Assembly (NCBI GenBank): GCA_903847905.1
Contig: CAINEZ010000350.1
Span: 1-53,313 of the forward strand
Direction: 5' to 3'
From: an uncultured Bacteroidota bacterium
GTDB lineage: Bacteria; Bacteroidota; Bacteroidia; Bacteroidales; CG2-30-32-10
Length of the DNA stretch: 53,313 nt
Part shown: positions 36,702 to 44,884 of the stretch, piece by piece
How the letters are laid out: the number at the start of each line of letters is the position of its first letter
Position numbering within the stretch: the first letter of the stretch is position 1
Program-made: the position numbers and the translations under genes
The notes under the pieces: model-generated
The model's database searches: none
Told to the model about the DNA's origin: nothing
Seen by the model: only the letters and a program-made list of their open reading frames with translations

Positions 36702-36789
36702 CCCTACTCTTAAGGCTTTTCAGTTCCGCCCCCAAGTTTTTTACCTGACCGGGACAGGCTCGTTTATTTAGTGGGTTCTGGTCTCCACT
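36702..36789 (-). promoter_or_regulatory. conserved upstream element, copy G (long form)
   Basis: The minus strand reads AGTGGAGACCAGAACCCACT-AAATAAACG-[AGCCTGTCCCGGTCAGGTAAAAAACTT]-GGGGGCGGAACTGAAAAGCCTTAAGAGTAGGG. It ends 20 nt before the ATG at 36682. Confidence 0.7.
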
Positions 36790-36805
36790 TTTATTTATTA
36801 TTTCT

Positions 36806-36829
36806 CAAAAAAATAGACCGCTACGCGGT
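36806..36829 (-). terminator. intrinsic terminator
   Basis: On the minus strand: ACCGC-GTA-GCGGT followed by CTATTTTTTT. It sits between the stop of 36860..37453 and element copy G. Confidence 0.5.
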
Positions 36830-36859
36830 AAGTATCAAATTGTCAAATAGACAAATAAA

Positions 36860-37453
36860 TCAATAATCGCTAACACAACGCACAGAGAACCCAGAAGGCT
36901 TACTGGTAGTGTTTCTGTATACAACGCTGTCTTTACCGTCCATGCCCATGTGCCAAGCATTATCTATATCATACTCTGTAGAACTCCACCAGTTACCGTT
37001 GTATCCAATGTCGTAAAATGTTCCATAGTGGGCCCGTAAACCTCCCGGAAGGGCTGTAAAGCCACTGGTGTTAGTGCCATTGCCATTTTCATTCCATCCG
37101 TTCTTAGATTTCATTTTTTCACCGGCAACTAAAACTCCACCAAAATTATTAATCAGCGTTGTCCATTCTGCATCGCTTGGTAAATGCCAACCTGTGGGGC
37201 ATACATTTTTAGCTGTTCCCCAACTATAAAGATAACCATAGTTTTTCACATTGTTTTGATCATCATTATATGCCCAACAGCCACTATCTGCTTTAAAAGC
37301 AAGGTTCTCCGCCATCCATGTTTGGGTGCCAATTTTTACGGTTTTGTAAGTTTTACCATCTCTTGAATCGGTAAAAGAACCAATTTGTTGAGCAAAGGAA
37401 CTTATTGCAAAAATAAACATAGCAATTGTCAATGATAAATTTTTGTTTTTCAT
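36860..37453 (-). CDS. Fibrobacter succinogenes major paralogous domain (Fib_succ_major) lipoprotein/secreted protein
   Basis: FTDSRDGKTYKTVKIGTQTWMAENL...YLYSWGTAKNVCPTGWHLPSDAEWTTL...GFTALPGG...WWSST. The track start at 37492 is a TTG inside element copy H. The ATG at 37453 gives MKNKNLSLTIAMFIFAISSFAQQ. Confidence 0.8.
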   Translation of the reverse strand: MKNKNLSLTIAMFIFAISSFAQQIGSFTDSRDGKTYKTVKIGTQTWMAENLAFKADSGCWAYNDDQNNVKNYGYLYSWGTAKNVCPTGWHLPSDAEWTTLINNFGGVLVAGEKMKSKNGWNENGNGTNTSGFTALPGGLRAHYGTFYDIGYNGNWWSSTEYDIDNAWHMGMDGKDSVVYRNTTSKPSGFSVRCVSDY

Positions 37454-37470
37454 TTTAATAAATAATTTTC

Positions 37471-37553
37471 CCATAATCATCTGGTTTTTCAATTCCGCCC
37501 CCGATAAAATTACCTGATCAGGACAGGCTCGTTTTTTATAGTGGGTTCTGAAT
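37471..37553 (-). promoter_or_regulatory. conserved upstream element, copy H (long form, 5' hairpin half lost)
   Basis: The minus strand reads ATTCAGAACCCACT-ATAAAAAACG-[AGCCTGTCCTGATCAGGTAATTTTATC]-GGGGGCGGAATTGAAAAACCAGATGATTATGG. It ends 17 nt before the ATG at 37453. Confidence 0.6.
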
Positions 37554-37582
37554 TTTGTTATTTTTCAGATTTATTGTTATGT

Positions 37583-38023
37583 TTAATAAGACCACCATTC
37601 AAGAGTAAGTGCTAAACAAGTCAATTCTTTTCCATTCATATTTGCAATGGTTTTATTAATTCTCTGCTCAAATTTACTTTTTTGCTGATTTGAATTATTT
37701 TTGATGTAGTCTATTGCTAGATCTTTAATGTTTTCTATTGCACCAAAAGGGGACATCCAGGGGTCATCATCCTCAATAACATCAATACCTGTGAACCAAT
37801 TTCCATCTCTAAAAATTTTAACTATAGTTGGCCTTTTTTTATAATCAACTCTTACCCAAACATAACTATCATCAACAGTGAATTGACCAGAAACAAATGT
37901 ATTTGTAGGATGAGCACATTCTGCAACAATTCCAACCCCTTTACTTCTAAAAAAATCATCCATAGATTGGCTAAAACAAAATGCTGGTAATAAAAAACAC
38001 AAAACCAATAAAAGTTTTTTCAT
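37583..38023 (-). CDS. small secreted protein, unknown function
   Basis: Signal peptide MKKLLLVLCFLLPAFCFSQ. Element copy I lies upstream. Confidence 0.65.
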   Translation of the reverse strand: MKKLLLVLCFLLPAFCFSQSMDDFFRSKGVGIVAECAHPTNTFVSGQFTVDDSYVWVRVDYKKRPTIVKIFRDGNWFTGIDVIEDDDPWMSPFGAIENIKDLAIDYIKNNSNQQKSKFEQRINKTIANMNGKELTCLALTLEWWSY

Positions 38024-38044
38024 AATTGAACAATTTTAGTTTTT

Positions 38045-38132
38045 CCTACTCTTTAGGCTTTTCAGTTACGCCCCCGATTTTTTTGTCTGTTCGGGCCAGG
38101 CTCGTTTTTTTTAGTGGATTCTGAACTCCACT
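38045..38132 (-). promoter_or_regulatory. conserved upstream element, copy I (long form)
   Basis: The minus strand reads AGTGGAGTTCAGAATCCACT-AAAAAAAACG-[AGCCTGGCCCGAACAGACAAAAAAATC]-GGGGGCGTAACTGAAAAGCCTAAAGAGTAGGA. The stem is extended to GTGGA/TCCAC. Confidence 0.7.
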
Positions 38133-38832
38133 TCAGGTTATTTTCTAATTCTAATTTCAAGATTCTAATTTCGAATACTATATTTTTACTTTTTGAAATA
38201 AAAAGTCAAAGTACAATTAATTTTATTTGATAAACAAATTTTTTCTTTGAAATTTAACGAATATTTTTCAATTATTTTTTTTTACACGCTGGGTGCCTTA
38301 TACATTGTGCATTTCAGAATATTTGCGAACTGTCTGCGTACTGGGATAGGCATCTTATATGATTGAGTTGTCATTTCCGTTGATATTATGGCAATATAGA
38401 AATTTGCAAAATGTAGAATCTGCATTTATTTTTCATTTATTTTTTATACCCGTTATAAATTTCTTTTCGGGTTGGGCACATACAGATAAATCTACCGCCA
38501 AACGGCATCTTGTTTGTGCAAAATTTATTGATACTACATTGTATAAAATGAATTTCGTTTTCAATACATTGTTCAACTTTACACAAAGTGTGGTTTTCGT
38601 TTTTCAGACAGCTAAATTCTTTTTCTAAACAAAGAGTTTGGTTAATAGTTTTTTCGTTGATCTAAAATTTTATTGAAAGAATTTTCCACCTTCCAATGTT
38701 CCCTTTGTTGCAGTATACAAAATCTTAAATCTCTTTTCTTTTCAGGTATGCCAATCATCTTTCGCCACAAGTAAAAACGCCATGCTATTCTGCAATTATT
38801 ATTCAACCAAATAAAACTTACCTCCCATTGAA

Positions 38833-39150
38833 GTCATAATTCATTCCAACGCAGTCAAAATTCAGTTCAGTTTTGTCAATGTTGTTTTCTGGTGTGTAAA
38901 TGTCCTTTTCGGCTCTGTCACCGGGCTTTCTGTCAGTGTCAATCATGTTTTCTGCTCTGTCAACTTACTTTCTGTCAGTGTTAACAGTGTTTTCTGCCTT
39001 GTACATGCATTATTCTGTTATATAAATGGTGTTTCCCATTATGTCAGATGTTTTTTCCGGCATGTCAGTGAGGTATTCTACTCCGTATATGCATTATTCT
39101 TGTATGTAAAAGGTGTTTCCGGCTCTGCCAATGTCGTTATCGGGTATTTA
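38833..39150. repeat. degenerate tandem array, about 15 units of about 21 bp (GTCA-N6-8-TTTTCYG-N4-5)
   Basis: Read by eye: gtcaatgttgttttctggtgt / gtaaatgtccttttcggctct / gtcaccgggctttctgtca / gtgtcaatcatgttttctgctct / gtcaacttactttctgtca / gtgttaacagtgttttctgcctt / ... No ORF of 60 aa or more on either strand. Confidence 0.7.
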
Positions 39151-39323
39151 TCATGGGTCTCAGCCGTTCTTTTCAATTGTCCGGGTCATACATCTATCTT
39201 TTAGGATATTCTTCTTCAGATTGATTATCGTTTTCTGCAAGCCGGTATTAACTTCGAACAATTGCGCTTAGGGTGTTCGGGTATTGGTAATGAAGAGGTA
39301 TTAATTACCAATATGTCTTTATA

Positions 39324-39851
39324 TTGTTTTTTTTTAAAGAAACAAACTCACGGGAAGCGGAAATAATATTGCACGCCACGCAGGTAGCCGACCGTGATGA
39401 AAAGTATCATAATCTGATCGTTTATATGAAAACGATGCTGGATACGGCAGCGAAACCTTTCAGGAAAAAAGATCCTGCTTTTTTTAAGTTATACAAAAAA
39501 TGTCGTAAGCTGCATTTGCAAGGGCATAGAAAAAGAAAACCGGGCGACAACGGCGCTCCCGGAGAGTTTGATAAAATTATTCCGATGCTAAAAATTGTGC
39601 CTATGGGATTTCAGATTGAAGCAGGAAAAATTTATTTGTTCAGCAACCTGGGAAACCCTGACCTGAAATATTGGACACAGGCAACCCCTGATGCTCCGAC
39701 CACGATACCGGCAGGTTTCAAACTTATAACAGGAGGTGATGAAGCCACACAGAGTTCGGTGGATTTGGGATTTCCGGATAAGACATATTTGTTCGTGGCC
39801 AATGAAAGCAATACGGAGGATGGGGAGATAGGGATTGATGAAGTGGTTTAG
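39324..39851 (+). CDS. hypothetical protein in a locally GC-richer patch (start uncertain; alternative ATG at 39426)
   Basis: A 175-aa ORF starting at TTG, with an internal ATG giving MKTMLDTAAKPFRKKDP. A strong terminator follows. No motif is recognised, and it could be a gene remnant. Confidence 0.4.
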   Translation: MFFFKETNSREAEIILHATQVADRDEKYHNLIVYMKTMLDTAAKPFRKKDPAFFKLYKKCRKLHLQGHRKRKPGDNGAPGEFDKIIPMLKIVPMGFQIEAGKIYLFSNLGNPDLKYWTQATPDAPTTIPAGFKLITGGDEATQSSVDLGFPDKTYLFVANESNTEDGEIGIDEVV

Positions 39852-39890
39852 GAAGGTGTTTAGACTGTAGGCTTTTAGACTATAGGTAAA

Positions 39891-39927
39891 AAAACTCTCT
39901 TGGTTGTGGCTGGGGGAGTTTTTTTTT
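39891..39927 (+). terminator. intrinsic terminator
   Basis: AAAACTCTC ... GGGAGTTTT stem (one G-T wobble) followed by a T-run of 9. Confidence 0.7.
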
Positions 39928-39979
39928 GATGGTTTTTTTATTTTGAATTGAAAATTAGTTATTTTTGAGGTACAATAAA

Positions 39980-40037
39980 GTGGAGACCAGAAACCACTTA
40001 AAAAAACGGGGCGGAACTGAAAAGCCAGATGAGTAGG
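39980..40037 (+). promoter_or_regulatory. conserved upstream element, copy J (short form)
   Basis: GTGGAGACCAGAAACCAC-TTAAAAAAACG-GGGCGGAACTGAAAAGCCAGATGAGTAGG. It ends 18 nt before the ATG at 40056. Confidence 0.7.
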
Positions 40038-40055
40038 AAATTTATAATAAGAAAA

Positions 40056-41555
40056 ATGAAAATTAAATGCTTCTTAGCATTAGCCTGTATATTCACAAGC
40101 AGTTTCAAGCTATTAACTGCACAAGAACTTAAAAAGGAACAAGCATTTTTTTATTTCATGAATGTATACAATTTAAATCCAAGTTCAAGTACGTTTACTT
40201 ATGCCATGGAAATAAATAGGTGCGGAAGAAATTACTTGGACTACTATGCAATTGTATTTGATAACAATAATTATATTCAAAAACGAAACGATGAATTTGA
40301 AAGAAAAAGCTATTCGGACAAATTAAATGCCAAAATTTTAGATGGAATAAATAATGTAAATTTTGAAAACAAATACACTATAACTAGTAAAGCTGAAATA
40401 GGAGAATATTCATTTTCGAATAATTCTTTTCCTATTTATTTTACTATGGGATTGGGGGCATTACCTCTATATTATGATAATTCATGTTACTTAATGGTCT
40501 ATGTCGGTGAAATAGTGAATTACAAGTACTTTAATTGGTATCTTAATATGCCAGAAATTCAAGCAAAATCTTTTATTGCAAAAAGAAAAGACCCAAATGG
40601 TAAAATTAATAGAAAAATTTATTTAAAATTCACTTACTCAATTTTAAATAAGCAGACATCACATGCAAATTACACTTCAAATTTATTAGGTTCAAACCTT
40701 GATATTTATGTTTATTCTATTGATGTTTTAGAAAACGAATGGTCAGATCAAAAACTAGCGACTCTTTATCCAAGTATAGATTTTTATGACAAAGTTCATG
40801 GTATAAAAATTAAGGCTGGAGAAGAGAAAATTTACTTTGATAATAATTGGAATATACTTCCGAATGGACTGGGAGCTAAGTATTACAGGTTAATAAATTA
40901 TACTGATGGTAAAATTAGTGGTAAGGTTAAAGATTATTATATTTCAGGAAATATACAAATGGAAGGAACTTTTTCTGACTATTGGGCAAATAAAATACGT
41001 AATGGATTATTTATTTGGTACTATGAAAATGGGCAAAAAGAATCTGAAATAAATTACATTAATGGTTTACGAAATGGAAAGTATACAGCATGGTATAGTA
41101 ATGGGGCAAAATTGGAAGAAGTAAATTATGTAAATGATCAAAAAAATGGTTGCGATTATATATGGACAGAAAGCGGTGATCCAAAAACCGAACCTGGATG
41201 TACTTGGTATTATTTTACTGTTTATAAAAACGGAGCAAAAGATACTTATAACCGTGAATATCCATTCATGTCTATTACTGATAAAGAAAAAAATGAAAGT
41301 TTACCAAAACCTTTTTCTGGTTCAGCTACATTAAATGAAGGTGATACTGTTATAGCATGGTTTGATTCTTATACTGGAACAAAGGTGATACAAGGTAGGG
41401 TAAGATATACTTCTGTAGATAATCCATCATTTTATATTGAAGAAACACCAATGAATTTAGTGGGTGAATATAAGCAAAGATGGCTCTCAAAGCCAAGTGG
41501 ATTCTACAAAATCACTGGCAATGGTAAGATGAATTGGTATAATGAGAATCAATAA
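40056..41555 (+). CDS. secreted protein: N-terminal domain paralogous to 10153..11487 plus MORN-variant (YwqK-like) repeats
   Basis: The track start at 40029 is the ATG inside the conserved element. The ATG at 40056 gives MKIKCFLALACIFTSSFKLLTAQ (signal peptide). The repeats are YYENGQKESEINYINGLRNGKYTAWYSNGAKLEEVNYVNDQKNG. Confidence 0.75.
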   Translation: MKIKCFLALACIFTSSFKLLTAQELKKEQAFFYFMNVYNLNPSSSTFTYAMEINRCGRNYLDYYAIVFDNNNYIQKRNDEFERKSYSDKLNAKILDGINNVNFENKYTITSKAEIGEYSFSNNSFPIYFTMGLGALPLYYDNSCYLMVYVGEIVNYKYFNWYLNMPEIQAKSFIAKRKDPNGKINRKIYLKFTYSILNKQTSHANYTSNLLGSNLDIYVYSIDVLENEWSDQKLATLYPSIDFYDKVHGIKIKAGEEKIYFDNNWNILPNGLGAKYYRLINYTDGKISGKVKDYYISGNIQMEGTFSDYWANKIRNGLFIWYYENGQKESEINYINGLRNGKYTAWYSNGAKLEEVNYVNDQKNGCDYIWTESGDPKTEPGCTWYYFTVYKNGAKDTYNREYPFMSITDKEKNESLPKPFSGSATLNEGDTVIAWFDSYTGTKVIQGRVRYTSVDNPSFYIEETPMNLVGEYKQRWLSKPSGFYKITGNGKMNWYNENQ

Positions 41556-41594
41556 TAATTTTAAATTTGAGTATAAATCGTAATAATCTAAACT

Positions 41595-42464
41595 ATGAAA
41601 ACAAAAATTAAATTTTTATTTTATTTATGTTCAGTGTTTCTTTTTTCCTCATGTACTGATAAAGCAAATAAATTTCTTGGAACATGGCAAAATGTAACGG
41701 ATACAACAATTACAATCACTATTACTAAGACAGGTGATAATTGTGTTTTTGAAGGTGAAGACTTAAAAAAACATGTCGCTACTTATAATAAAGAGCATGA
41801 CAAATTAGAAGTAAACGTAGACAATAGCGTTGATAATAGTAGTGATAAGTTAGATTTTATTTATGTTGAAACAACCAAGCATTTAATAGGGGATAGAGAG
41901 GAATATAAAAAACAGGAATGGGGAGATACGTCTACCAAAAAATTTGGAAGGTTTAAAGACTCCCGTGATGGTAAGGTCTATAAAATAGTAAAAATAGGCA
42001 AACAAATTTGGATGGCTGAAAATCTCGCATATAAAACAGGCACTGGTAGTAAGGCATATAATAGTAATCAGCGTAATGTTTCGGTATATGGAGAAGAATA
42101 TAGTTGGGAATCTGCAATAAAAGCTTGTCCTTCTGGCTGGCATCTACCCACTGATGATGAATGGTATACGCTTATTGTTTATTTAGGTGGCAGGGATGTT
42201 GCAGGAGGAAAGTTAAAATCAACTTCAATTTGGACCCGTCCTAATACAGGAGCAACCAATAGCAGCGGATTTACAGCACTCCCGATATTCAGGCAAGGTG
42301 AGTATGGTACGACTATTGACGAATACGGCATCTGGTGGGGTTCGGATTTGGCAGGGTACCCCTCTGTCAGGACACTGCAATACGATGACAGCAAAGTGGG
42401 TTACAGTGGCGGCACCGAACTCGCAGGGGGTGGTTATTATTCTATACGCTGTATAAGGGATTAA
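41595..42464 (+). CDS. Fib_succ_major-domain lipoprotein
   Basis: Lipobox FLFSSCTD. FKDSRDGKVYKIVKIGKQIWMAENLAYK...YSWESAIKACPSGWHLPTDDEWYTL...GFTALP. Confidence 0.8.
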   Translation: MKTKIKFLFYLCSVFLFSSCTDKANKFLGTWQNVTDTTITITITKTGDNCVFEGEDLKKHVATYNKEHDKLEVNVDNSVDNSSDKLDFIYVETTKHLIGDREEYKKQEWGDTSTKKFGRFKDSRDGKVYKIVKIGKQIWMAENLAYKTGTGSKAYNSNQRNVSVYGEEYSWESAIKACPSGWHLPTDDEWYTLIVYLGGRDVAGGKLKSTSIWTRPNTGATNSSGFTALPIFRQGEYGTTIDEYGIWWGSDLAGYPSVRTLQYDDSKVGYSGGTELAGGGYYSIRCIRD

Positions 42465-42600
42465 TACCAGTTACAATAGATAAAAAATATTTATCCAACG
42501 AAACGCTAACAATAGAATAGATTCCAAAAGGTTCAATGAAATTCAAATAATATTGATTTAAACAAATTTGCTAATTTATCGTACAACTTGTTTTATCAAT

Positions 42601-43428
42601 ATGAACACAACTAAAACATCAAAAAGATATTTTCTAACCGTTGGATTAGGATTATTTACTCTATTTACTTTTTTTTTAATTATTGGCAGTACAGAAAAGC
42701 CATTGATTTTAGAGTTGAAAAAGGCAAACTCTCCATTTACTAATTTATATAAAGGCTTAACTACACAAATTGTTGATTCTAATTTAATAGTAAAAGATTC
42801 ATCTGAAATAAAACTTCAACTAGAGCCGGATTCAACAATAAATGATACCAATAGAGATAAAGGTGAAAGAGTTATGCTAATTGGTGATTCACAATTAGAG
42901 GGTTTAAGAAATCCGGTTTATGAATGTTGTGCAAAAAATCACCATAAACTTGTTGCATCAGTTTTATGGTATGGGTCATCAACAAAGCAATGGAGCAATT
43001 CAGATACATTGAGCTATTTTCTAAAAAAGTTTAAACCAACCTATTTGTTTATTGCTTTAGGATTAAATGAGCTATTTGTGAGGGATATGGATAGTAGGAG
43101 GATTTACATTAATAAAATAATTTCAACCGTAAAAAAACACCATGTGCGTTATTTTTGGATAGGACCTGCCGCATGGAAGCAAGACCAAGGAATTACGGCC
43201 TTACTTCAAGAAATTAATGGAACATTATTTTATCCTTCACACAAGTTGAAATTAGAAAGAGCAAGCGATCACATGCATCCTAGTAGAAACGCAGCTAAAA
43301 TTTGGTTTGATAGTGTTGCAGTTTGTGTTACAAAACTCAAAACATCTGGTATTGATTTAAGTTTTAAAAAGGATACAATACTTAAAATTAGTAATTCACC
43401 ATTAATTATTATTGGTCAAGAAAAATAA
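42601..43428 (+). CDS. membrane-anchored SGNH/GDSL-like hydrolase or acyltransferase
   Basis: The track start at 42568 is TTG; the ATG at 42601 gives MNTTKTSKRYF plus a TM. GDS block in VMLIGDSQLEG, and DHMHP near the C-terminus. Confidence 0.65.
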   Translation: MNTTKTSKRYFLTVGLGLFTLFTFFLIIGSTEKPLILELKKANSPFTNLYKGLTTQIVDSNLIVKDSSEIKLQLEPDSTINDTNRDKGERVMLIGDSQLEGLRNPVYECCAKNHHKLVASVLWYGSSTKQWSNSDTLSYFLKKFKPTYLFIALGLNELFVRDMDSRRIYINKIISTVKKHHVRYFWIGPAAWKQDQGITALLQEINGTLFYPSHKLKLERASDHMHPSRNAAKIWFDSVAVCVTKLKTSGIDLSFKKDTILKISNSPLIIIGQEK

Positions 43429-43435
43429 GAAATAA

Positions 43436-44884
43436 ATGGAATGGACCAAGATATTATTTCATAATTCTGCAGAACCATTTTTATTCCATAATGGTTTTTT
43501 TCTTTTCATATTTTCTTTGTTTTTAATTTTTTATGGTTTTATCTTTAAAAAAATAAGATGGAGAGATTTAGCAATTATATTGTTTGGATTTTACTTTTAT
43601 TATAAATGTAGTGGTATTTTTATTTTATTACTTGTTCTTTCATTATCTGCTGATTATCTATTTTCGATTTGGATGTGCCATAATAATAAGCAAAATCAGA
43701 AAAAAGCCATATTGATTTTAGGCATTCTATTTAGCCTTTCGTTTCTGATTTATTTTAAATACCGCAATTTTTTTCTTGAAAATTACCATAATATTCGTGG
43801 AGAAAATTACAACCTGACTCATTTGATTTTACCTATTGGAATTTCATTTTATACTTTTCAATCGATAAGCTATCTTGTGGATGTATACCAAAATAAACTC
43901 AAACCAAGCGGCTATAAAAATTACTTACTATATATGACTTTCTTTCCGCATTTGGTTGCAGGGCCTATTGTTAGAGCTAAAGATTTTTTACCTCAAATAA
44001 AAAAGAAAACAATACTAAACAAGGCCAAAATAAATGAGGCACTTTATTTAATTATCAAGGGACTGATAAAAAAGGCCATAATAGCTGATTTTATTGGTCA
44101 ATATGCGGACTCTGTTTTTTCGACACCAAATGGGTTCACAGGAGGTGAGCATTTGGTTTCTGTTCTATGCTATTCATTACAGATATTTTGTGATTTTAGC
44201 GGTTATACTGACATGGCTATTGGAATCGCTTTATTGTTGGGCTTTCGATTGCGGATTAATTTTGATTCGCCCTACAAAGCTTTGAACATTACAAATTTTT
44301 GGAGACGCTGGCATATCTCTCTTTCATCGTGGCTCCGCGACTATATATACATCCCTATGGGTGGCAACAGGAAGGGATTAATATTGCAATTATTATTTCT
44401 TCTCCTGACAATGCTTATTGGTGGTTTTTGGCACGGAGCCAACTGGAAATTTGTTTTTTGGGGTGCAGGTCATGGATTATTATTGGTATTTCACAAATTA
44501 ATTGTTTTAAAATTTCCAAAAAAAACAGAAAAAATACCTTTAAAGATATTATTCTGGACGATAACCTTTGTATGTGTTTGCTTGCTTTGGGTACCATTTC
44601 GGGCAGAAACAATGAATGATGCACTCATTATTTATAAAAAGTTATTTACTAACATGGATTTCCATTATTTTCCAGCAATTTTCCGAACCAATACTTTGCT
44701 TATAGTTCTTCTGATTTTTGGATTTGTTGCAACATTGTTTCCAAATAAATTGAAAGACTTCATAAAAATGAAGTTCTATGAAACTGATTTAATATTTAAG
44801 ATATTTTTCCTTGGGATAGTAATCCAAATGTTTTTGCAAATAAAATCATCATCAGTTCAACCTTTTATTTATTTTCAATTCTGA
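43436..44884 (+). CDS. MBOAT-family membrane O-acyltransferase (AlgI/DltB/PatA-like)
   Basis: Polytopic. NFWRRWHISLSSWLRDYIYIPMGGNR and FWHGANW (conserved His) are hallmark MBOAT blocks. Confidence 0.85.
   Translation: MEWTKILFHNSAEPFLFHNGFFLFIFSLFLIFYGFIFKKIRWRDLAIILFGFYFYYKCSGIFILLLVLSLSADYLFSIWMCHNNKQNQKKAILILGILFSLSFLIYFKYRNFFLENYHNIRGENYNLTHLILPIGISFYTFQSISYLVDVYQNKLKPSGYKNYLLYMTFFPHLVAGPIVRAKDFLPQIKKKTILNKAKINEALYLIIKGLIKKAIIADFIGQYADSVFSTPNGFTGGEHLVSVLCYSLQIFCDFSGYTDMAIGIALLLGFRLRINFDSPYKALNITNFWRRWHISLSSWLRDYIYIPMGGNRKGLILQLLFLLLTMLIGGFWHGANWKFVFWGAGHGLLLVFHKLIVLKFPKKTEKIPLKILFWTITFVCVCLLWVPFRAETMNDALIIYKKLFTNMDFHYFPAIFRTNTLLIVLLIFGFVATLFPNKLKDFIKMKFYETDLIFKIFFLGIVIQMFLQIKSSSVQPFIYFQF

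Noticed and set aside
38359-38660. 89-aa + strand ORF, and a Cys-rich minus-strand reading frame (INEKTINQTLCLEKEFSCLKNENHTLCKVEQCIENEIHFIQCSINKFCTNKMPFGGRFICMCP...)
   Set aside because: The + ORF is featureless. The minus-strand frame has 8 Cys and looks protein-like, but it is bounded by a stop with no ATG until near its end. At best it is a gene remnant.
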